This document shows, in pieces, positions 26,047-36,441 of a stretch of 64,000 nucleotides of DNA (the first letter of the stretch is position 1; every line of letters starts with the position of its first letter). The notes under the pieces were generated by a model. It saw only the letters and a program-made list of their open reading frames with translations. It ran no database searches and had not been told where the DNA came from. The DNA is taken from positions 1 to 64,000 of IMG/VR virus record IMGVR_UViG_3300003154_000004. One strand, given 5' to 3'. A program made the position numbers and the translations under genes. This stretch comes from a virus.

Positions 26047-26909
26047 TGATAGTAATGACGGATGCAGAATGGAAGAAGGAGTTAGCAACCAAGCGCCGTC
26101 CAGATGAGATTTACCACATTTGGACTGAGCCACCTTATTCAATCAAACTGCGTAACACCCCTGCTTCCATTCATTATAGATATACAGGTGGAGATGAAGC
26201 AGTAGTCGTAGGGGGTGAGCAGTACAACCCTGCTCCGATCTGGCGTGATGCATTTCACTTCAATACGACGGATGCTATATCGACGACGACGTTGTATGGG
26301 GCACGAGTGACGGAGTTTCTCGTGTCATACATTATACAGAACCCTGTGGATTTGTTGTGGGTTGAAATTGGGAAGATTCTGAAAGAGATAGGTGTTGAGG
26401 ATTACACTTCGACACCGCGCTTTATCGGGCATATTAAACGGGTTGCAATGGAAGGGGCAGTTGCTTCAGCGAACTGTGTGGGATTTGAGAACTATCTGAA
26501 ACGCCCGTGTTTGCGATGGAAGTATCAAAAGCGTTGCAACCACATGATCTACGATTCCATGTGTCAAGTCAACCCCTTGTCTTATGAAGTCTTGACATCG
26601 GTGACGGTATCAAATGGGGGGCTCACACTTACGTCTCCTATGTTTTCTCCGTATGAGGATGGGTACTTTGACGGGGGCTTTATTGATTTTGATGGCGTCT
26701 ACCGACCGATTGCTTACAACGTAGGGAATCGGGTGCAGTTGATGTATGCAATCAGTGATCTGGTAACGGGGAGCGTAGTTGGTATCTATCCAGGTTGTGA
26801 TGGGCAAGCTGAGACGTGTCGCGACAAATTCAATAATATGGAGCATCGGCTGGGGTTTGATTGGATTCCAGTAGATAACCCCGTTTTGTGGTCAGGGGGG
26901 CAAAGGTAA
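26046..26909 (+). CDS. Tail hub protein, DUF2163 + phage BR0599 domain (RcGTA g13-like)
   Basis: C-terminal signature CNHMIYDSMCQV...GGFIDFDG...YPGCDGQAETCRDKFNNMEHRLGFDWIP, typical of the BR0599 domain. Confidence 0.7.
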   Translation: MIVMTDAEWKKELATKRRPDEIYHIWTEPPYSIKLRNTPASIHYRYTGGDEAVVVGGEQYNPAPIWRDAFHFNTTDAISTTTLYGARVTEFLVSYIIQNPVDLLWVEIGKILKEIGVEDYTSTPRFIGHIKRVAMEGAVASANCVGFENYLKRPCLRWKYQKRCNHMIYDSMCQVNPLSYEVLTSVTVSNGGLTLTSPMFSPYEDGYFDGGFIDFDGVYRPIAYNVGNRVQLMYAISDLVTGSVVGIYPGCDGQAETCRDKFNNMEHRLGFDWIPVDNPVLWSGGQR

Positions 26910-27382
26910 TGTCTGATAATCCGTACTTCTTTGATTCTCCAGAATCTATTGATGCACTGCGGGTAGTGGTAGACAGTTGGAGAGGGACACCATTTAAACA
27001 TAAGACCGTTGTGAAAGGGATTGGTGTTGATTGCATCCATTTTGTTGTGGCATGTTTGGTAGAGGTGGGATATCTGAGATCTTCGATTTGGGCGAAGGTT
27101 CCAGACTACCCCTGTGACTGGCACCTTCATCGTGACAGCACATTGCTGAATGATATGTTGTTGCGGTATCTGAATGTGGAAGAGTGCAGTCGGGATGATC
27201 TCAGAGATGGGGATTTGGTGCTGTACAGATTCGGGCAATCAAACGCACATGCAGCATTGTATTTGGATGGGAAGGTGTATCAATCAGTCGAAGGGCGAGG
27301 TGTGATGCTGACGAACTTGTCAGTTAATAAAGACTTTCGTAAACGTGCGATTCGTAAGGTGTACAGGTTGAGGGTGAAATGA
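26909..27382 (+). CDS. NlpC/P60-family tail peptidase (lambda gpK / RcGTA g14-like)
   Basis: TAATG start overlap with the upstream stop. Catalytic-Cys context GIGVDCIHFV, with downstream His (NAHAALY). Confidence 0.7.
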   Translation: MSDNPYFFDSPESIDALRVVVDSWRGTPFKHKTVVKGIGVDCIHFVVACLVEVGYLRSSIWAKVPDYPCDWHLHRDSTLLNDMLLRYLNVEECSRDDLRDGDLVLYRFGQSNAHAALYLDGKVYQSVEGRGVMLTNLSVNKDFRKRAIRKVYRLRVK

Positions 27383-30162
27383 GCGCAAAAAAACTACTCT
27401 TTATGGCAGCAGGGGCGGCTATTGGATTTTGGCTAGGCGGCCCTTTTACCATGATAGAGATGATGAATTACGACTTTCTGTCGGCAGCATTTCTTGGTGC
27501 AGTAGTGGGGTATGGAGTAGGGTCGATGCTCGATCCCATTACAGGCAAACCCTCAGATGCAAGTAATCCTCAGACCTCAGAGCTTTCCATCGTAACGGCA
27601 GAAGAAGGGATTCCAATCTCAGATCTTCTGGGAACGTCAGTTCTCGCGGGGAATATTATTTGGGGCGGAAGAAACAGATCGATTGAGATTACGGATACGG
27701 TTACGACAGGAGGAAAAGGAGGAGGCGGAGGAACACAGACAGTTGTTAGTGGGTACAAATACTACTACAGCTGGGCGCAGGGGTTGTGCAGAGGTACGAT
27801 CAATAAGGTTCTTGCAATTTACCAGAATGATATTCTAGTATGGGAGGGATTGGCAGAAGATGAGGATGGATCAGGCAAAGTGGATATTACGATTAGTGAA
27901 ATTGGGACAGTACATGTCTACTTTGGGAATCAGACGGAGAAAGATACTTACATGGCAAACTATGTGGTGGATGATTCGTTGCTGCCTCCATTCACAGGTC
28001 TTGCTTACGCCGTCTTCGAAGATGCATACATAGGGCAATACAATCGTGTACCAATCATGCGCTTTGTTACTCAGAAGACTCCAGAGTGGGATGATGTTGA
28101 TTCTGAAACTCTCATTCTGAACGATTATGATTACAACCCTGCCGCAGCCGTTCGCTACGTGCTGTCCGATTGTGCTGAGATTCCTTCTACTTATATCAAC
28201 AATGCCTCCCTCATTGCCGCTGCGACAACGTTTGCGAATGATCATCTTGGGTTTTCGGGGTTGATTACGGGGGATACAGATTGCATGTCGCTGATTCAGA
28301 CGTTTATGGATCATGTGGATGCGATTCTAAGATACTCCATCGTTGAGTCCGAGACATCTCAATTCGAACTTGTGCCTCTTCGTAACAATGTTTCTTCAAC
28401 ATCATTCCCCGTACTGTCGGAGGATGACATTGAGGGGCTATTGCATTTTGAGCGTAAGAGTTGGCTTGATACAATCAATGAAGTTTCAGTTGGAATCAAT
28501 GAGAGAATCAAGAGTTGGGGGGAGAGTGCATCACAATCAGGTACAACGGAGTATGGCAATCTTGTGCTTGGGTATGCAGGTGGATATGTAGGATCGTTTC
28601 AGGGGTTCTCAACGTTTAATGAGGACTATGTGTCTGGGATTGTGCTGCCTTATGCTGCGGAGATTCTAGGGTTAATCTGGACGGGTAGAGAATTAGTTGT
28701 CTCAACAAATGGAACGGGAGTGCAGGTTCATAAAGGCTTTACAGACGAATTTTTGTACTATGCGGAAGGGGTGCATGACGGATACGATCTTGGATACAGT
28801 GGGGTTGATCTGTTGGGTGTCGGATCGAATGAAACATCGGTAGTTCAGTGTGCTGGGTTATCAAGTTCAGTCGTTGCGAGTGTCGCGTTGAGTGGGACGA
28901 TTGTGGGGGTGACAATCACGGGCAATGGGGATCTAGTTGTTGCGCTTGAAAGTGGGGGTGCGTATACGATTCAGAAGATGGAGGGAGTATCAGGAACAGT
29001 TTCAGCATCGTTGAGCTATGGGTCAACGGTGATCAAAGCATTGTGTTGGATTGAGGGGGATCTGATCGTACTGGAAGCGCAAAGGGTTGTCAGATACGAT
29101 GGGTTCAGTCTGACGCCTGAAGAAGCTCACGATACTTACAATGGATCATATGGGTATGCAACAGCAGTTTGCTGGTCATATGGGGATGTTAGAGAAGTTG
29201 ATGAGACGGAGATTGACGAGGGATTTGGATTAAAGGATACGTGGCTTGCAGATGAGGACGCCGCAAACAAAAGAATTGTGGGGCGAACGAATGCTATCTC
29301 CTTCACTCTCCCTTTCTTTGCGAAGCAGAGTTCAGGGCTGTGGGCATTGAAAAGGAGGCTTGCGAAGGAAGCCTACCCTTCAGCAGGCATTCAATTCAAT
29401 GGGAAGAGGAAGGCTGCACGACTGCAACCAGGGGATCGTTTCGTCCTCGTCTACGCTCCTTACGCAATTACATCAATGGTGTTCATGGTTGTGGACATAC
29501 AGGAGAAGACGTTGACGGACGGGGAACAGTTGATAATTCAAGCCACTCAATCGCTTGAATACGTTCTCTCTTCACCAGTTCCCGAAGAATCCCCGCCTGA
29601 AGAGTGCAAAGCATGGTCTTCAAATCTGAGTTCGCTTGTGACAGCGAGTGCGAGTTCTGAGAATGGGACGAATGTTGCACTAAAAGCAGTAGATGGAGAT
29701 ATTGCGACGAGATGGGAAGCGGCGGCAGGGGATACGAATGCATACTATGAAGTTGACTTTGGGGAAGGAAACGAATATGCAATAGAAAAGTTGCGGGTGA
29801 AGATGTTGAGTGGGAATAATATGAATGGCTCTATCAAGAACTTTCGATGGAGAGGTACGAATGGGGTAACATGGAATACTCTATATTCAGGGTCGATGGC
29901 AAACAATGGAAACTGGCAGGAGTTCGTCTTTCTAAATGTGACACTGTTCAGGAAGTACAGGCTGGAAGTGATTGATCAGTGGAACGCAACGTACAGCCCA
30001 GGGATTTGGGAACTCCAGATGTTCGCCTGCACAAACCCCGCTCGTGTCCCAGATGATGTTGAGCCTGAAGATAACACATGTTTCATAGCGACTGCGGACG
30101 GATCTGCGATTACGGGTTCATTCGATGGAACAAGTGAATCGATTAAGATAGGGGATGAATAG
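27379..30162 (+). CDS. Host-specificity / central tail protein (gpJ / RcGTA g15-like) with a C-terminal discoidin domain
   Basis: 927 aa. TTGGKGGGGGTQTVVSGYKYYYSWAQGLCRG is typical of J-like proteins. C-terminal ALKAVDGDIATRWEAAAGDTNAYYEVDFG is F5/8-type-C-like. Confidence 0.7.
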   Translation: MSAKKLLFMAAGAAIGFWLGGPFTMIEMMNYDFLSAAFLGAVVGYGVGSMLDPITGKPSDASNPQTSELSIVTAEEGIPISDLLGTSVLAGNIIWGGRNRSIEITDTVTTGGKGGGGGTQTVVSGYKYYYSWAQGLCRGTINKVLAIYQNDILVWEGLAEDEDGSGKVDITISEIGTVHVYFGNQTEKDTYMANYVVDDSLLPPFTGLAYAVFEDAYIGQYNRVPIMRFVTQKTPEWDDVDSETLILNDYDYNPAAAVRYVLSDCAEIPSTYINNASLIAAATTFANDHLGFSGLITGDTDCMSLIQTFMDHVDAILRYSIVESETSQFELVPLRNNVSSTSFPVLSEDDIEGLLHFERKSWLDTINEVSVGINERIKSWGESASQSGTTEYGNLVLGYAGGYVGSFQGFSTFNEDYVSGIVLPYAAEILGLIWTGRELVVSTNGTGVQVHKGFTDEFLYYAEGVHDGYDLGYSGVDLLGVGSNETSVVQCAGLSSSVVASVALSGTIVGVTITGNGDLVVALESGGAYTIQKMEGVSGTVSASLSYGSTVIKALCWIEGDLIVLEAQRVVRYDGFSLTPEEAHDTYNGSYGYATAVCWSYGDVREVDETEIDEGFGLKDTWLADEDAANKRIVGRTNAISFTLPFFAKQSSGLWALKRRLAKEAYPSAGIQFNGKRKAARLQPGDRFVLVYAPYAITSMVFMVVDIQEKTLTDGEQLIIQATQSLEYVLSSPVPEESPPEECKAWSSNLSSLVTASASSENGTNVALKAVDGDIATRWEAAAGDTNAYYEVDFGEGNEYAIEKLRVKMLSGNNMNGSIKNFRWRGTNGVTWNTLYSGSMANNGNWQEFVFLNVTLFRKYRLEVIDQWNATYSPGIWELQMFACTNPARVPDDVEPEDNTCFIATADGSAITGSFDGTSESIKIGDE

Positions 30163-30164
30163 AG

Positions 30165-33100
30165 ATGGCTTATACAGATCGATCTTATTTAACCATTGTT
30201 ATTGACCACACAAAGATTGCTGGGGCACTTTCCAACTTTCCTGTCCCCGTACATCTGAGTGCTGCGTGTGGGCTTACAACGGCCGATGTATCAGCTATCT
30301 TTGACGAGTTGGGGTCGGATGCGAATCGGAAGAAAATTGCTGCGTATGTGGGTGAGACGCAGTGTTATGTGGAGATTGAGAAGTGGGATGATGCGAATGA
30401 GCAAGCATGGCTTCATATCAAAGTCCCGACCGTTGCCGCAGATGCCGATACAACAATTCTCCTCTACTACTCTTCTGAAGAAGCTGATAACACGGACTAT
30501 GTAGGGGACACAGGGGATGTGGTTGCTCAGAATGTTTGGGATGCAAACTTCAAAGGTGTGTGGCATTTAGGGCAAGATCCTCAAACAGGTGGCGCGTGCA
30601 TGCTCGATTCAACGGGCAATGCAAATCATGGGACGCCGCAAGGGACGATGCTCACAGAGGATCTTATCGATGGGAAATTTGGGAAAGGGTTGGACTTCGA
30701 TGGATCTAATGACGGGATTCAGTGTGGAACTGATGCGGAGTTACAAGGTACAACGATCACAGTAGAAACGCTGTGTTGGTTTGATGGTGTGGGTGTTGCG
30801 GATATGGTCGCAATGGATACGCCTGCAAGCCGTGGTTGGGTATTCAGGCGGTCTAACGTAGGGCCAAAGCTGGGATTTGAATCAGGTGGGACAAATAGGT
30901 TATCTGAAGGTGCAACAACGACTGGAGCGGGAGCATGGAATTATGCTGCTGCAAAAGTAAGTGGTACTACATATTCGATTCTGAAAAATGGTAGTGTCGT
31001 AGCTAGCCCAGGTACTTATACAGCAATTCCTGCTCATACCGGGACGTTCACGATTGGGTTCAGAAATTATACGAGCTATTATGAATGGCATGATGGACGG
31101 CAGGGAGAGGTAAGATTCAGTGCGGCAGCAAGAGCGGATGAGTGGTGCCATGCTACGTACTATGGGCTGTTCGACACGTTATTGACTCTATCCGTTGAAG
31201 TCGCTACTACCACAAGCACCTCTACAACAACTACAACCACAACAACAACGACCACAACAACAACGACCACAACCAGTACAAGTACGACAACAACAACGAC
31301 TACAACAACAACCACGACTACGACCAGTACAAGTACGACAACAACAGAATTTATTCCAGAGTTCGGATGGACTCCGGACGGAATGAATAATTTAATTCTG
31401 TGGTTAGATGCTGCGGACGAAGCGACGATTACTGAGGCTGAAGAATCGGTTTCAAATTGGGCAGACAAAAGCGGGGAAGGGAATGATGCTGTCCAAGCAA
31501 ATGATCTTTATAGACCGTCATATGTTGATGCCATAATCAATGGGTTGCCAGTTGTCCAGTATGGCACTACTCATACTATGTGGGCACCATTGTCCGGTCT
31601 AACAGCAGTATCCACGTTCATTGTATTCAAATCACAAGGGGACGCAACAAACGCCGAGTTGTTTGATATACGTAATAGTGGCAACTCAACACCTTTGTTT
31701 GATGATAATGGGCAGCAAGGGTTTTCAGTAAGAAGAAGAAATGATGCAGGTGCATTGGTTGCGGCGACTAATACAGTTAAAGATACGGATGCTCACATAG
31801 GTGGGTATTTGTGGGATGGATCAAAGATTTATCATTGGCTCGATGGGACGTTTCAGCATGAAGCAAATTCATCAGGGGCAATGACGATAAATCGAGTTGG
31901 AGTTGGTGGAAGTGGTACTACAACAGGTATGTATGGAAGCAATGCGAATGTCGCTGAAGTTCTCATTTTTGATGCATATATCAGCACGGAAGAGAAGCAA
32001 GCGGTAGAAGGGTATCTTGCGTGGAAATGGGGTTTGGAAGCTAGTCTTCCCGAGGATCACCCCTACTATGATGGTCCCCCAGGGGGAACCACAACTACCA
32101 CAAGTACCTCTACTTCGACAACAACAACAACAACCACGACTACAACAACGACCACAACGACCACAACGACTACTACTACTATCACGATTGATCCAGGGTG
32201 GGGGGATAACGTAGCTCCCAACAAAAGGATCAGGGCAACAAGTTGTGGTACATCATATCTTGCATATTTGAATGATGAGCTGACTAACAATAGTTGGACA
32301 CCAGATGCAGGCGATAGCCTCCCTGTCAATTTCATCTTCGATCTTGAGAAGGCACGACCCATTTACGGGTTTCGAGTTCACTGTGGTACAGGATCATTCA
32401 ACATCGTTGTGTCAGGGAGTACGGATGATTCAAGCTGGACAACGTTGCACACGTTCGCGCAAGAATCGAATATTGATCGAATATCGGATGAGCTTGCGGG
32501 GGATAGTTACAGGTACATCAAGTTCGAATTTACGACAGGATCTAGCATCCAGATAAAAGAAGTGGAGATCTACTCGTCCGACGACGAGGCGGTAGATCTT
32601 GGAACGGATATTGCTCTCTCTAAATGGACGCAGTGTGACACATGGTATGGGGGAGGAGCAATTTGGGGGCAGCCTACGAAAGCCGTTGATGGTCTCCCCG
32701 CTACTGCCTACATTGAGAATGCAGCAGGGGAGTACCCACAACGGTTCTGGGTCGCGTTCGATGAAGTAATTAACGTTGCACACATCTCAGTCACAATGAT
32801 GGGCAACTATAGGAAGTTCACGATTGAGGTGATCGGGAGCAACGATGAGCAGAATTGGACGACGATCGAAACATTCACGGCAATACACACGACAGGCTTC
32901 ACGCTTTCATTCACTGATGATACATGTGCGTATCAATTCATCGGCTTGAGATGGTCGCTGATTCCGGAAACCGCTGTTGGGTACGATGGGATGGCAATCT
33001 ACTCATTCTCGATTTACGCACATGAAACCGAGCCTACTCTCCCTGTCTCATCGTGCTACGCGACGGAGTTGTGTAGCGGGAAACTCGTGTTCTCTTCGAA

Positions 33101-34886
33101 TGCAGCGGCAAATCATAAGGGGTTGCTTGCAACGGATGGTGATGCGAGTACATATTGGGCATCGGCAGAGGCGTTGCTCCCTGCTTCAGGTCTCGACTTC
33201 TTTTGGATCATTGACATGGGCCAACCTGTAAAGCTGTGTGGGATTCGAGCGAAGCTCATGTATAATGGGTGGTATGCGGTTTATCTTGAGGGCACGAACA
33301 GTCTGAATGCAGCGGATGGGGAGATTACGTGGACACAAATTGATGCGCTTGCGAACGGAACACATAGCTGGTGGATTGAGGAAGGGTATGATGTCACGTA
33401 TCGTTATTATCGGCTGAGATTCGATAAGACGGATGCAACGGCATGGGGCGGGACATTTCTTTACGCAAACATCTTCATCTGTGAAATGTATTCGGATGAT
33501 GCTGTTACGGATCCTACCTACACGTGGGTTGCGACGAATGTCGCTGAAGGCAAGACGGCGACGGCTTCAATGAATGCTGAGGATGCACCGAATGTTGTTG
33601 ATGGTAGCGAGGCAACAACATGGGGTGGAGTAGATACGAACTGGGTCAAGATTGATCTTGGCGCAGGGTACAGACTTGGGAGACTGACGATCACGAACCC
33701 ACTTGCGTCAGGAGCCTACCAGCCAATTCAATATAAAATTGTTGGGAGTGCAGATGATGTGTACTGGTATGAAATTGCGGATCTTCTCTACATGGGAGGT
33801 GCGGAGTATCTCTTAGATTGGGAGAAGGAAGATGATGTTCACTACCGCTACATCCGCATTCAGGGGTATGACTCGTACTATGGCACCTTCTACATTCCTG
33901 AAGTTGAAGTCTATGCCTACGCTCTCAAGCGTGCCTTCGTCTATTTTCCTGCCGTCGTCGTTCCCTCTGGGATTGCTGTTCAGACCGCATACCCCCGCTT
34001 CAAAGCAGATGCGTCAAGGGGGTATTCGGGGTGCAATCTGAAAGTCGGGTTTGTGTTCGAGGCAAATCCTGTAGCCCCAACAACGAAGGCAGAACTTGAT
34101 GGCTGGAGAGTAAAGACATGGCTTGATTGGGTGGTTGAGCAGTGGGTAGCAGATACATGGTACTCACCCCCGAATATGGCTGCCTTAGCACAAGAGATTA
34201 TTGATCTGCTCGATTGGGAAGCAGGGAATGCGATGGCTATTGTGATCGAAGAAGGGGAAGGGTTGAGTGATGGTGCTCTGAGAACCTTTCATTCCGTTGA
34301 GTCTGGTGACGGTAGTGAGGCTGCGAGATTGTGCATATCATGGGCAAATACAACTACATCTACCTCATCAACTTCTACCACTTCTACCACTACTACGACG
34401 AGTACCACGACGACGGCACTTGCGGGGGAAGAAACAACTCTGCTCCCAACTTCGGATCGTGTCGTAACATGGACAAAATATGGGGCATCAGGATCACATG
34501 CATGGACGATTGATCAAGGCGTTGACACTCCAAATGATTCCCTCTATGTCTACACCTCCAATAACAACGCCCATGAACTGATGAATATAACTCCCCCAAC
34601 TCCTGCTCTCTATACGACTGCGAAGATTCGTATAAGGGCGAAGGCTGCGAGTGACCCACTCACTGGGGTTACACTTGTGTTGTACTGGCTTGATGGTGGG
34701 GATTTCAGGGAGATCTTCTCCGAGAATGTGTTAATGGGTGGGACGAACTTCGACCTGATCGAATCTGCCGAGCACTCTGTTACCATCACTCCTGAGCAAT
34801 CCCAACTGTTAATGGTAGATTTGTACTCTGGATCTCTTGGCGGGGATACAGTAACGGTTTCAGAGATGGAACTTGTGCTTTCATAA
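30165..34886 (+). CDS. Giant tail fibre/adhesin: DUF2341/LamG-like N-terminus, second LamG-like domain, four discoidin-like repeats, three poly-Thr/Ser linkers
   Basis: 1573 aa. LamG-type segments ([14 protein letters not shown]...[24 protein letters not shown]). Discoidin-type segments ([37 protein letters not shown]). Confidence 0.7.
   Translation: [1573 protein letters not shown]
31205..31347 (+). repeat. ACN-codon tract encoding a poly-Thr/Ser linker of about 47 aa
   Basis: Encodes [47 protein letters not shown]. The internal unit ACCAGTACAAGTACGACAACAACA occurs twice. Confidence 0.9.
32089..32180 (+). repeat. ACN-codon tract encoding a poly-Thr linker
   Basis: Encodes [32 protein letters not shown]. 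Confidence 0.9.
34350..34416 (+). repeat. Ser/Thr linker-encoding tract
   Basis: Encodes [22 protein letters not shown]. Confidence 0.9.
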
Positions 34887-34902
34887 GGAGCTGTAGAAGA
34901 AG

Positions 34903-35895
34903 ATGACAACACGCAAAATCTTAGAACCCCTCACTTTTTCGCGCATGATTGAAGCCCCGTACTTCCTTGCGCAGAATCGTATCGCGTTGATCCCCCTGGT
35001 TGGACGCAATAATGACTGGGTGACAGGGTACAAAATCTATATGTCATTGGAAGGGGAGAGTTATTTTGAATTGACGAATAGCTCGACATTTCAGCATGTA
35101 GGGAGATTGGATGCAGATTATGAGATGACGAACAAGATTGATCGTGGGGATGGGTTCAGCGTGACATTTCTTTGTGGAAAGCCTGATTTGATCGAAACGA
35201 TTACAGAGCAGTGGAATATGACGGGGTTCAATCTTGCATTACTCGGGGGGGAGTTGATTTCGTTCAAGACTGTCACCCCCATTACGACCTCACAGTACCA
35301 GTTTACGGATGTGATACGAGGGCGACTTGATACTCAGAACATTGCACATGGGAAAGGGGAGACGTTTTGGTTTCTAGGACGAACAGGTTACGATATGATT
35401 CAAGATGCAGAGTTTGTACACGGAGCCATTAGATATTTCAAATTTATTCCGATGGGCTTGAATGGAGTAGGTAATATCAGTAATTGCCCTGCCTATCGTC
35501 ATACCATCACATCTCGTGCTCTTACTCCTTACCCTGTAACGAATCTTCGTGTCAATGGAGCTAGAACTCAGGCTCAATACACAACGGATTTAGCAATCAG
35601 TTGGACCCCAAGAACTCGTGGGGATGGTTCAGGAGTCGGAGTGATTGACCAGATGATTTCGAAGGAAGTTGCATGGGAGGGGTCTTTTAAGATTGAAGTC
35701 TACGTGAGTGATACGAAGATTGCAACGTATACGGATCTTAGTGGATCTGAGTGGTTATATAAAGCGGCGTGGCTAACGTCTGATAATGGTGGTGAGTTGC
35801 CTTTGGCATTGACTTTAAAGATTTCGGGTTTTATAGTCGATAGAAGCTACACTTACGAATCAGAGCAGGTGGAGATTACGGTAAAGAAAGTCTGA
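34903..35895 (+). CDS. Tail-tip associated protein (resembles part of J/g15-type host-specificity proteins)
   Basis: 330 aa. The segment LLGGELISFKTVTPITTSQYQFTDVIRGRLDTQNIAHGKGETFWFL is like the conserved core of Phage-tail_3-type proteins. Confidence 0.4.
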   Translation: MTTRKILEPLTFSRMIEAPYFLAQNRIALIPLVGRNNDWVTGYKIYMSLEGESYFELTNSSTFQHVGRLDADYEMTNKIDRGDGFSVTFLCGKPDLIETITEQWNMTGFNLALLGGELISFKTVTPITTSQYQFTDVIRGRLDTQNIAHGKGETFWFLGRTGYDMIQDAEFVHGAIRYFKFIPMGLNGVGNISNCPAYRHTITSRALTPYPVTNLRVNGARTQAQYTTDLAISWTPRTRGDGSGVGVIDQMISKEVAWEGSFKIEVYVSDTKIATYTDLSGSEWLYKAAWLTSDNGGELPLALTLKISGFIVDRSYTYESEQVEITVKKV

Positions 35896-35910
35896 GAGAG
35901 GGTCTACAAG

Positions 35911-36423
35911 ATGACGGATAAATATGATTTCAACAGTTTGCAGGTGGGGGCACAGGGGTTCGATGCTCTGATTGACGAGAACTCGGATATTGTTGAGGAT
36001 AATCTGCATACGAGGCTGCTTGTAACACTGGAAGAAGATGTGGATGCATACGAAGCAGTCAGCTATCAGGGGTACAAGGCTCAGGCTTCGAAGTCGGCAA
36101 CACGAAGTCCTTGTGCAGGTCTTCTTCTTGCAGATGGTGATAATGGAGATGAAGTTCGGATTCAGCGTGTGGGGCCAATCACAAATGATGACTGGTCCTT
36201 GAGTCCTTTCGTCAATGTTTGGCTAGATCCATCGACACCAGGTGCAATTACACAAGCAGATCAGAGTGAAGCGAGTGGGAGGCAGTTAATAGGGTTCGCG
36301 TTATCTGCAACCTCGATATTCCTCAATATACTCCCTGATGCTGAATCTTGCCCGACTACCACCACTACAACGACTACAACGACTACAACAACCACGAGCA
36401 CAACGACGACGGAAGCAGTTTAA
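35911..36423 (+). CDS. Hypothetical tail-module protein ending in a poly-Thr tail
   Basis: 170-aa ORF with C-terminus [22 protein letters not shown]. Confidence 0.45.
   Translation: [170 protein letters not shown]
36354..36411 (+). repeat. Poly-Thr encoding tract
   Basis: Encodes [18 protein letters not shown] at the C-terminus of the 170-aa protein. Confidence 0.9.
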
Positions 36424-36441
36424 TAGAGAGGGGGTGGAGAA

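Noticed and set aside
31160-31468. Poly-Val minus-strand ORFs (also 32066-32362) and poly-Gln/Pro plus-strand alternative-frame ORFs (31195-31386, 32017-32214, 25295-25543)
   Set aside because: They are alternative-frame and antisense readings of the ACN-repeat DNA that encodes the Thr/Ser linkers. They are not independent genes.
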